Below, piece after piece: positions 12,367 to 22,842 of a stretch of DNA of 64,000 bases. Within the stretch, counting starts at the first letter, position 1, and the number at the start of each line of letters is the position of its first letter. The notes under the pieces are model-generated. The model was not told the origin of the DNA. It ran no database searches and saw only the letters and a list, made by a program, of their open reading frames with translations. The position numbers and the translations under genes are program-made. Source of the DNA: Ranitomeya imitator (lineage: Eukaryota); assembly GCF_032444005.1 (NCBI RefSeq), contig NC_091288.1, positions 201,872,001 to 201,936,000 on the forward strand. The letters run 5' to 3'.

Positions 12367-12382
12367 GGCTCTTATAAGAGCC
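12367..12382 (-). terminator. H1 stem-loop GGCTCT-TATA-AGAGCC (also 33155, 53867), followed by HDE CAGAGCTGTA
   Basis: Stem canonical, loop UAUA; AGAGCTGTA is complementary to the vertebrate U7 5' end UACAGCUCU. Confidence 0.93.
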
Positions 12383-12410
12383 TTTGTGGTATCAGAACAG
12401 GGGCTGCAGC

Positions 12411-13049
12411 TTATTTCTTAGCCGCGGGCTTCTTGGCTTTCGCAGCCTTCTTAGCCGGACTCTTGGCGGGTTTGGCCGCCTTCTTAGCCGGACTCTTCGT
12501 CACCTTCTTGGGCTTGGGAGCGGCTTTCGGCTTTTTGGGGCTCTTGGCCGCTTTCTTGGCAGCTGCGGGCTTCTTGGCCTTTTTCGGGCTCTTCTTGGCC
12601 GCGGTCGGAGCCTTCTTGGGCTTCTTCGGAGATTTGGCGGCTTTCTTGGCAGCAGCGGGTTTCTTAGATTTGGCCGCAGCTGCTGGCTTCTTCTTGGCCA
12701 CTTTGTCCTTCGTCTCCTGCTTCTTGTTCAGCTTGAAGGACCCGGAGGCGCCGCTGCCCTTCACCTGGAGGAGGGCGCCCTTGGTGACCAGAGACTTGAC
12801 GGCCAGCTTCAGGCGGCTGTTGTTCTTCTCTACATCGTATCCTCCGGCAGACAGAGCCTTCTTCAGGGCGGCCAGAGACACCCCGCTGCGCTCCTTGGAG
12901 GCGGACACGGCTTTCACGATCAGCTCGGAGACGCTGGGGCCGGAGGGTTTATTGCTCTTCTTGGCAGCAGATTTCTTCGGCTGCTTCTTGGATTTGGCGG
13001 CCGGTTCTGCGGGAGGGGGAGCGGCGGCTGGCGCGGTCTCTGCCATCAT
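12411..13049 (-). CDS. H1: Linker histone H1 (212 aa from first of two adjacent ATGs), canonical Lys-rich tail
   Basis: Globular domain [13 protein letters not shown]...[14 protein letters not shown] and K/A/P-rich tail ending AKKPAAKK. Confidence 0.97.
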   Translation of the reverse strand: MMAETAPAAAPPPAEPAAKSKKQPKKSAAKKSNKPSGPSVSELIVKAVSASKERSGVSLAALKKALSAGGYDVEKNNSRLKLAVKSLVTKGALLQVKGSGASGSFKLNKKQETKDKVAKKKPAAAAKSKKPAAAKKAAKSPKKPKKAPTAAKKSPKKAKKPAAAKKAAKSPKKPKAAPKPKKVTKSPAKKAAKPAKSPAKKAAKAKKPAAKK

Positions 13050-13121
13050 GTGCTGCGGAAAAACAAGATGAAAATATTTCCTGATAGGAAGGAAAACACT
13101 GAGGCCGGAGCTGGAGGCGCC

Positions 13122-13601
13122 TGTTATATGTACAGGCTTACTGCGCACTGATTGGCTGCTGAGCTGCACCGTTCTGAGCTTCTATTGGCTGACACTGGAC
13201 ATAAACCCCGCCTCCTCCCAGCTGAGTCCGGGTGAAGCACCGCTCTCTCCTTGTGCTTCCCTGCCCGGGATAAAAGCCCTTTACCGGCTAACACCGGACA
13301 GCAGAGCGCGCTTCCTCCATCGCCTCTCCTTCTCCAACATCTCCACCGGCCATTTGTAGCCGTCACTAGCAGAGATGCCGGGAAAGAGCGGAGAACAAAT
13401 CCCGGGATCATCGCCGCCGTCCTCCCGATCTGCACCTCACTGTGTATCCGGGGAGATAAATCTGCTGCGGGAGCTCGTTCCTCCTATTCCCGGCTCTTGT
13501 CACCATCACAGGGATCTTTACTCCAATGTCTATCGTACAGGGAGCTGATTGTACGATGTGGGGACGAGCTGGAGCTGCTGAGAACCCAGAAGGGTAACAC
13601 A
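13122..13601 (-). promoter_or_regulatory. H1 promoter: TATAAC (13128), two CCAAT, AC-box-like AAGCACA (13258-13252), TG box TGTGTTA (13601-13595)
   Basis: Order matches vertebrate H1 promoter architecture; TG-to-AC distance 343 nt. Confidence 0.7.
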
Positions 13602-14019
13602 GGCGACGGCCTCCGCTGACTGCCCCCTCCCTGACCTGTGGTGTCACTGTACCCCGTATGTGCAGAGGATTGGGGGGACACGTGTTCCACACCAGTAGAT
13701 GATCCACATCGGTGGCTGAGTGCAATCACCTGCCTGATATCTTGTCTTAGTGGTGGGAAAGAGCTCTGATGAGGCGACAGCTGCACAGTGCGACTCCCCA
13801 ACCAAACACATGGACATCTCAGGGGAGAAAACTGAAATATTAACGGATGTATATGACCCCCACTATTATGCAAAAGGGGAATATTGGGAGAAGAGCGGAG
13901 ACACAAAATCCAGCGTCTACACAGAGAACACAGCTGTATATAGTATATATAGTGCACAGCATCACATCTGCACAGCCCAGATCAGCAGTGTAATAAGTGC
14001 CACTGATAATAGAGGAGAG

Positions 14020-14690
14020 GGTACAGTATATACAGCAGAGTGTACAGTATATAGAGCAGTGTATAGTATATACAGCAGTGTACAGTATATAGAGCAGTGT
14101 ATAGTATAGTGCGGTGTGTACAGTATATAGAGCGGTGTGTGCAGTATATACAGCAGAGTACACTGTATGTAGACCAGAGTGTACAGTATATACAGCAGAG
14201 TACACAGTATATAGACCAGAGTGTACAGTATACAGAGCAGTGTGTGCAGTATATGCAGCAGAGTACACAGTATATAGAGCAGTGTACAGTATATACAGCA
14301 GTGTACAGTATTTACAGCAATGTACAGTAAATAGACCAGAGTGTACAGTATATAGAGCAGTGTACAGTAGTGCGGTGTGTGCAGTATATAGAGCAGAGTA
14401 TACAGTATATACAGCAGAGTACAGTATATAGAGCAGAGTGCACAGTATAAAGAGCTGTGTGTACAGTATATACAGGAGAGGGTACAGTACATAGAGCAGT
14501 GTGTACAGTATATAGAGCACTGTACACAGTATATACAGCAGTGTGTACAGTATGTAGAGGAGAGTGTAGAGTATGTACAGCAGTGTGTACAGTATATAGA
14601 TCATTGTGTGCATTATATAGAGCAAAGCGTTCAGTATATAGAGCAGTGTGCAGTATAGTGCGGTGTATATAGAGCAGTGTATACAGTATA
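14020..14690 (-). repeat. Same satellite, inverted; also about 34806-35587 and 55518-56299 (longer)
   Basis: Reads tatatagagcagtgtacag on the plus strand. Confidence 0.93.
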
Positions 14691-14741
14691 CTATTATTAT
14701 TTTTTTATATAGCACCATTGATTCCATGGTGCTGTACATGA
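14691..14741 (-). mobile_element. L2-like LINE 3' terminal stem-loop and (AAT)n tail; also about 35587 and 56299
   Basis: Minus strand TGTAC-AGCACCAT-GGAATCA-ATGGTGCT-ATATAAAAAAATAATAATA: 8-bp stem with GGA-led loop then microsatellite tail. Confidence 0.6.
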
Positions 14742-14744
14742 GCG

Positions 14745-15650
14745 GTGACCTCCCAAAGTGTAGAGGAACAATTCAAGAGTGTGGGGTACTTATTTCAGAA
14801 TTCGGGGGGGGGGGGGGTTAACGGCCCGGGGGGGGGCATTTTTTTGAGGGGCATTACTTGTGGGCAAGGTCAATTTGGGGGGTCACAGCTCAACCCGGTT
14901 TTGGGCTATCAACCCCAAATTTTCAGGGTGTGTAGAGTACCCCTAGCGAACCAATAGTGTAAAAAATTGAGGGTGGCACTTTGAGGGCACCCCAAAACTA
15001 ATGCCCCCCCACCCCCAAAAAAAAAAAAAAAAAAAATGCCCCCCTCCCATTAACCTAAAAATTCTGAAAAAAAAAATAGCCCAACTAATGAATTGTTCCT
15101 CTACACACTATGAAAATTTGACGTCGATAGCCCCAATCTGGGCTGAGCAGTTACCCCCCAAAGCTGCCCTGCCCATTGAAGCCTATCGCGCGCAGGGTCA
15201 CTGCCCAGCCTGGTTTGTGCCTACCGACCCCACATTTTCAGGGTGTGTAGAGGAACAATTCAAGAGTGTCGGGTAATTTGTTCAGAAGTTTGGGGGTCGG
15301 GAAGGGGGGCATATTTTTGGGGTGATCTCAAAATGCCCCCCACATTTTTGCAGCACTGGTCCACTAGAGCTATGGGTACGCTACACACCCTGAAAATGTG
15401 TGGTTGATAGCCACAAACAGGGCTGAGCAGAGACTCCCCAAAGTGACCCTGCCCATTGAAGTCTATGGTGCGCAAGGTCACTGCTCAGCCCGATTTGGGT
15501 CTGTCGACCACAAATTCTCAGGGTGTGTAGAGGAACACTTTAAGAGTGTGTGGTAATTTTTTTCAGAATGTTTTGGGTCAACCGGGGCATTTTTTGGTGG
15601 GGCACAACGTTTGGGTTGCCCTCAAAAGCCCCCCAAAGTTTTACACCACA
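14745..15650. mobile_element. Foldback MITE-like modules, inverted and expanded counterpart of 3230-3800
   Basis: 15090-15261 is bounded by a perfect 19-bp IR; further partial modules at about 14757 and 15380-15545. Confidence 0.5.
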
Positions 15651-15991
15651 CCTCCTTTGCTACATATCGAAGTATTGGCAATGCTGATGAGTATACTGGA
15701 CCCCGCGATCACTTGGCTGGATGTGGGAATGTGCAGAGGAAAAATGAGGATAATGAACGGGATTACAGCAGCACCCCACATGCGGATGGTGGTGCCGAGA
15801 AAATCTAGTACATCAGCCTCATTCTGGAGAGGTGCTGACATGAAGGATTGATCAGCTCTCCGTGAGAGAGAGCGAGAAAGAAAGAGAGAGAGAAAGCCTG
15901 ATGTGACGCTACCGGGTCTCGGGTGGGGGAAGTCGCCGGTTCTGTAAAGCGAGTGTGTAGTGGGGGTCAGCACACACACGGCGACTAAGGA

Positions 15992-16210
15992 GTTAAATGG
16001 AGGCGGATATTCCTGTATCTGGGATTGGTCGGCGCCTGCGGATGTCTCTCGCTCATTGGCTGATTACAGATCCGTTGATGGTTTTGAATTTCCCGCTCAA
16101 TATCTGTTCTTTGTCCGTCGGATTATTACCGGCCCCTCTGCTGGAGCGGCGATCGCCGATAATACCGGGTCCTGTCCTCCCAGCTGTCTGCCCCCAAACA
16201 CGGGGATCGG
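15992..16210 (-). promoter_or_regulatory. Orphan E2F/CCAAT/TATA-like module D
   Basis: tttgaatttcccgctc 16083-16098, two attgg, gttaaatggagg 15992. Confidence 0.5.
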
Positions 16211-16741
16211 TTTGCTTATCGGTTGCCATTAATATTCTGGGGAGGTTATAATAGTCTTCAGAGGCGCCTTCCATCCGAAACATTAGTGTCCAGGACGTGG
16301 TCATCACATAGGAGTCTCCGTACCCGGTACACAGGGCGTCCGTCTATCCAGCTGCCTCAGACAGCCACATTCCCTGTGAATATTCGCTGCCCCCTGTTCA
16401 GTATAACATCAAGTAGCAGAATCAACACATTCATCTCACGGCAGGACTGTAGTAACCGCATCACTCCGGGGTTTGTACTGTGTGCATAGAGGGGCCTCCG
16501 GGAGGCAGTGTGCGGATATATCCCCCATAAATCTGTGAGGTTTGAGATCAATAAGAAGAAACCGCATCACCCGAAGTTTGCGGTGCCGGCTCTAGTATGG
16601 AAAGACGGGGAGGAAAATAAGAGGGGAGAGTATAGAAGACACGTCCCAGGCTGTGACCGATACTACAGGCAGCCGCACGGGGGATATTGTGCCCTGCAGA
16701 GACGCTGCGCCCGATACTAATCAGCGCCCAATAAAAGCAGG

Positions 16742-16841
16742 AGCTTAGGACAACATCTTAACAGATTTAGAAAACGCCGGGAGTTGCTCCGTTATTAGAG
16801 CTGTAGAGGGATCTGCTTGGGAAAACCAGGTTAGTCTTTCT
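16742..16841 (+). pseudogene. Possible heavily decayed 5S rRNA-like relic; also about 37641 and 58353
   Basis: By-eye colinear match about 44/79 to vertebrate 5S, incl. TGGGAAAACCAGGT vs TGGGAATACCAGGT, then TAGTCTTT vs TAGGCTTT. Confidence 0.3.
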
Positions 16842-17046
16842 AGGTCAAAATATTGGAAAAGACCCTAGTCCCAGATCACACACTGCGGGCACATCCCAGA
16901 ATCTGGATAATGCGGTTTCATTCCTTCGACCGGGAACCCACAGCATTAGTGGCTCAGTAAAGGTTCTAAACGATATATTAACTTTATAACCACCAGGAAC
17001 CAGAGCGCAGGAATAGGAAGGTGCAGCCTCTCACTGAGATGTGGGT

Positions 17047-17062
17047 GGCTCTGAAAAGAGCC
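17047..17062 (-). terminator. H4b stem-loop (also 37946, 58658)
   Basis: Canonical. Confidence 0.96.
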
Positions 17063-17092
17063 TTTGGGTTGTGAAGACAGAAGAGAACACAA

Positions 17093-17413
<321 letters not shown>

Positions 17414-17453
17414 TCAGTGAGCAAAAACTGATTCCTGGACAGCACGGACTGCT

Positions 17454-17600
17454 CCTTTATATGGAGGAAGAATGGACCAGAGAGAGAACTGCAGAGATGA
17501 CGCACTTCCGGGACGGGTCTTCCAGAATCTACATTTGCCCCTCCCTTCCTCTGCTGATTGGCTGACCACAGAACTGTTGGGACGTTTGAGTTTCCCGCTC
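17454..17600 (-). promoter_or_regulatory. H4b promoter: TATA, GGTCC, CCAAT, TTTGAGTTTCCCGC
   Basis: Same modules as H4a promoter but diverged sequence. Confidence 0.8.
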
Positions 17601-17719
17601 ATTGGTCATATTCTGCAATTATCTTCCCAGCTTGTATTTTATGCAATTTCTTTCCCTTGTGACTAAAGATATCCCACATATTTTCATCACCGTTCCAGAT
17701 CATCGTGGTTCATACCATC

Positions 17720-17975
17720 CACAATGTATGATGCCCCCACTTATCCCGCACACAGTATGCTGCCCCCAAAGTTATCCTCCACATAGTATGATGCCCCCTA
17801 CACAGCAAGATAACCACACAGTAGGATGCCCCCACAGTTACTGTTTAAGGGTATGATATCCCCAGTTACTCCGAAAACAGTATGATGCCCTAAGTTACCC
17901 CCCCCCCCCCAACACACACACAGGAAATATGATGCACCCACAGTTACACCCTATACAATGTGATACCCCAGAGCG
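17720..17975 (+). repeat. Degenerate about 30-bp repeat (CAGTATGATGCCCCCA core, about 8 copies) with poly-C and (CA)n, both longer in units 2-3
   Basis: Core recurs at about 17725, 17753, 17783, 17819, 17851, 17878, 17927, 17957. Confidence 0.8.
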
Positions 17976-18297
17976 ACCCATCCTCAGTGTAATGTAATGA
18001 TTAACAATTGTTCATGTTATGGTGAAAGTCTTCCATTAATGGAGATTTGGAAGGGTGAAAGAAGCAAGAGAAATTAGAAGAGATATTTCATCAGATCAAC
18101 ATCTGGTGATTAAATGTTCATTTTTGCCATTACCTCATGTACAAATCACAAACCAGAGAGACACATTTTTATGCAGTTTTTTATATATCATGTTATGCTT
18201 TAGTAATGCAAAATCACATGACTGGGCCTTTAATTGTAAAGTACAAATTATTAGGGTTTTTTTTGCTTCTTTTTCATTGTTTGTCTTAATGTGAAAA

Positions 18298-18321
18298 CTG
18301 TACTGGCAGCAAAAGGGTTAA
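18298..18321. mobile_element. Possible solitary TTAA-targeting DNA transposon end (CTGGCAGCAAAAGGG-TTAA)
   Basis: Ends in AAGGG|TTAA like piggyBac-type termini; no matching partner end found. Confidence 0.25.
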
Positions 18322-19126
18322 AAAACCAGTGTAACAGAAAAATGATCCCTACTACATTGCCCTCTATAGTGCCAGAGGCATTTACTCTCTTACAACCAGG
18401 ACTTACTTCTTAGGCGTTAGGGCAGTGAACCCATTAAATGCTGCAGGTCAGTTACTGAGTAGCTGTATGATGGCTCCTGGGTCCCAGTAGGGCACTGTAT
18501 GAAATACCAGGTCGGATCCACTGCCAATTACAGCACAAAGCCATTTTTGGCAGTGAAATCTGATTAAGAAAAGTCCCTTCAACATCCACACCAGTAGCAA
18601 TATGCATCGTGCATCCCCCCATAAAGTGGTTTTGACGTCCTGCAGCAGTGACAGGGGAGTCTAGCGAAGATAATCGCTGTTTTTCGGCAAGGAACATTCC
18701 ATGTTATCCAAATCAATTTTCTTTATGACCCCAGTGGCCCATTCTGGTGGGCGCTCCTGCCGGCCCCAACAACGTCCCCGCCTGCCATTTGCGTTTCTTT
18801 TATCGTGTGCTCCAGCCAGTCTCTTCCATGCTGTTCGGAGGGATCAGTGTCCCCATTGCAGTTTGGGCTACACAGCGAGAAGGATTTCACAAGCCTTTAA
18901 TGCCACTGGCCGGTCACAGTCACACAGACAAGTCAATAAGGCCGGAAAAAGCCCGACTCTTTCACATGTAACCAGAGCGTCGGAGATGGAACCTGAGCTT
19001 CTGCTAGATGGCAGCCCTATAGTGTAAGGGCACGTTAGGGACGGCCCCATCTCCAATATTTGTGACATATACACATATAGGAATCCTTAGCCAAACAGTA
19101 AACACCTTTACCAAAGTCACGGTTTG

Positions 19127-19316
19127 TTTAGAAGTCCGACAGCCGAGCAGGTGCGTTTGGAGGTCTGGCAGCAGGGCAGCGCATTTCGAGATCCAACAGC
19201 TGTGGAGGTGCGTTTCAAGATCCGACAGCCAACGAAGAGTATTTCGATGTCCGACAGCCGGGTAGATGTGCTTCGAGGTCCAGCAGCCGCGGCGGAGTGA
19301 TTCGAGGTCCTGTCAC
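19127..19316 (+). repeat. Seven-unit 29-bp array, conserved TTTCGAGGTCCGACAGCC core plus variable about 11-nt spacer; also 40050-40239 and 60761-60950
   Basis: Core starts at 19127, 19156, 19184, 19213, 19242, 19271, 19300. Confidence 0.8.
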
Positions 19317-19505
19317 GTAGATATATATCCAGTTAGTGCAGTGTACGGGGGAACACAGGTGTTGGTTCTGCCCCGTATATATATATTTACAGTGTATACA
19401 TTGTTTGCGGTGTATAGGGAACACAGCGCTACCGGGGCCTGGGGTGAAGGTGCCGCATCTTTGGATACTCTGATGAGAGATCAGCTGGAACACGGAAAAT
19501 AAGAA

Positions 19506-19770
19506 GTTAAATGGAGGAGACACGTCTGTGTACCTGATGTACGTAGATGTCTCTCCTCCATTTAACGTCCTATTTTCAAGGCTGAGCTTTCCCAAGGCTG
19601 CCCGCTCATTGTCTTATCACATGATCCTTTGGGGGATTTGAGTTTCCCGCTCATAATCTCTGGAGGATTATTACCGGTCACTGCCGATAGCGGAGATCAC
19701 AATCCGGTCACACCCGGAACAGCGCGGAGTCCTGTCCTCCAGAGCCGCCGCACACGGGATCGTCCTCCGA
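19506..19770 (-). promoter_or_regulatory. Orphan module E with 15-bp inverted repeat of the TATA-like element
   Basis: tttgagtttcccgctc about 19637; shares ggattattaccgg, gtcctgtcctcc and gggatcg with module D. Confidence 0.5.
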
Positions 19771-20072
19771 GAGAAGGCGCCGTCACTGATGTGGAGGAGA
19801 ATCACCCGCCCGGTCCCCTTACTGCGGGACCTGCTAACTACATGTAGACCTCAGCGCGGAGTATCAGACACTGAGGAGGGGACATTTCCTGCGAGCTTGG
19901 CAGACGACACTCCCACCTGAGGGGTCTGAGACTTCATGTGGGATTGACCCATTCATCTCCTATTATTCTGTGGATATGTGCACCAACAATGGCGGCAATG
20001 GTGTATGTACCATCAGCCTCATGTGAGGACCCCGAGATAGGCGGCGCCGGCTCTTGTGGTGACGGTGTGGGT

Positions 20073-20088
20073 GGCTCTTAGAAGAGCC
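20073..20088 (-). terminator. H2A stem-loop GGCTCT-TCTA-AGAGCC (also 40996, 61707)
   Basis: HDE-like CAAGAGCC lies 24 nt after the identical stem arm. Confidence 0.95.
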
Positions 20089-20117
20089 TTTGGTTTTGTA
20101 GAGATTGGCGGCAGCGC

Positions 20118-20534
<417 letters not shown>

Positions 20535-22365
20535 CTAAAGACAGAAAATCGTGTGGAGAAGAGACTGTGCTGTGTGGCCTTATATAGTCTGCTGCTCCGC
20601 CCTCCTCTCCTGTCATTGGATGACTCTGAAGCTGGCCAATGGGGAAGAGTCTTGAGGAACCGCCAATGAGCTGCCGAGGGCGGAGCTTATTATTGCTCCT
20701 TGCTCAAATTAGTTTCTCACCCAATAGAAAACGTTCGCTTTGGACCGAATAGATAAGGGGTGAAAACAGATATTTGTCTTGGAGCAGAAGGAAGTGCAGA
20801 AATATTCTGTTGATTTGTAGTTTGCACTTGTTGAATTTGTGTCTACTATCAGCCATAAATTGCACTGACAGTCTGGTGGGTGAGGGGTTAATCCCTGTCA
20901 GTGCTTCTCCTCCGCTCCATCTGCACAGGAGGCGGCTCCTCACTCACCCGCTTATTACCCTGTGCAGATTCCCTGTGGTGTCCGCGCTGATCCTATCACA
21001 GCCTGACTGAGACAAGTCTCCTATGTTCTGCCCGGAGCCTGATGTGACGCTGCCGGGTCCCGGGTGGGGGAAGTCGCCGCTTCTGTATTGTATGATACAA
21101 TATTGTTCTGCTCCAGGAAGACATCCAGGCCTCTCTTGAACCCCTCGACTGAGTTCGCCATCACCACCTCCTCAGGCAAGCAATTCCAGATTCTCACCGC
21201 CCTAACAGTAAAGAATCCTCTTCTATGTTGGTGGAAAAACCTTCTCTCCTCCAGACGCAAAGAATGCCCCCTTGTGCCCGTGGCCTTGGTATAAACCTTG
21301 GTATAAACAGATCCTCAGCGAGATATTTCTATTGTCCCCTTATATACTTATACATGGTTATTAGATCGCCCCTCAGTCGTCTTTTTCTAGACTAAATAAT
21401 CCTAATTTCGCTAATCTATCTGGGTATTGTAGTTCTCAATAGAATTGTAGTTCTCAATACCCAGATAGTGGTAATGTTCTGAGCAGGGACACTCCGCAAT
21501 CTTCTACACATGATCGTACATTTCCCATCACAGAGGGATCTGCTGGGAAGGGCAGAATTGGTCTTCCCTGAAATGTCTCTTGTAGGATACGTCCCTGACC
21601 AGTATATCGTCTGCACAGTACTGATTGTGACGGGAAAGGGACGATCTGATCGTCTCCAGGTCAGGCACACGGGCACATCACAGCATGTGGAGAACACGAA
21701 TCAGTCTCTATATCTATGAGTGGAAACAGGAGCGAATACTGCACCGCTAACCTGGAAATCTGCAGACTCCTGTGTGGGATGTAAGAGAGCAATGATCGCT
21801 CAACACAAGCAGATTTCCCGATATCGGTCCTGGGAGCACGTGTCATATGAAGACAAAGGACGGAAAAAAGCGGGAACTTTAAACTTTTTACCATTGGAAA
21901 CATTAGCTCCTCCCTCTGCTGATTGGCTGAACACAGGACGGTTAGGGGGGTTTGAATTTCCCGCCGCTTCTAAATGTAATGACGTCATTTACACTGTAAA
22001 AAGAATTCAATTAGGCTCTAGATCAACTCCACCGACCACCACAAATGGCTCCTGTTAACGGAGAAAGGAGAGTAATGAACGAGACCCCAGAATGCCGAGA
22101 TCTGTGCAGCAAGGGGTTAAATAAGTCCCTGAATACACATCAACTCACTGAGCAATGCCCAGATTATTCCTGAGGTTTTCTCACCATCTCCCTCGTCATC
22201 AGACGCAGAGCCCCGGGCGGTGCGAGCAGACACCTCGGGGAGACGGGAGAGGACACCGGAGCAGTGTGGGTGGCTCTTATAGTGAGGGTGTAGGTGGCTC
22301 TTATAGGGAGGGTGTGGGTGGCTCTTAGAAGAGCCTTTGGGGTGAGGAGCGGAGCACGGANNNNN

Positions 22366-22842
<477 letters not shown>

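Larger units (their letters stand above)
13232..15814 (-). repeat. Right arm of long inverted duplication; also 34019-36713 and 54731-57425
   Basis: Reverse complement of 3067-5195 with extra modules and the L2 tail. Confidence 0.92.

Noticed and set aside
11677-13071. Long repeat ORFs (VALIIQLCGEE, GTDHTALRGGG, SPQSCMISATT) including a 464-aa ORF antisense to H1
   Set aside because: Consequence of a stop-poor 36-bp unit and of antisense reading of Lys/Ala codons; frames differ between units
13840-14739. Tyr/Thr/Leu-rich ORFs in both satellite blocks
   Set aside because: Translations of the TATACTGTACA satellite
19127-19316. CRISPR-like repeat/spacer look and tRNA B-box resemblance of the 29-bp array
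   Set aside because: Eukaryotic context, no cas genes, spacers only about 11 nt, repeats degenerate; TTCGAGRTCC has wrong spacing for a B box and no A box or cloverleaf
19460-19505. Hammerhead-like CTGATGA...GAAA here, at about 2000-2030 (minus) and at 13766
   Set aside because: No stem II with a closing G-C pair and no stems I/III could be formed
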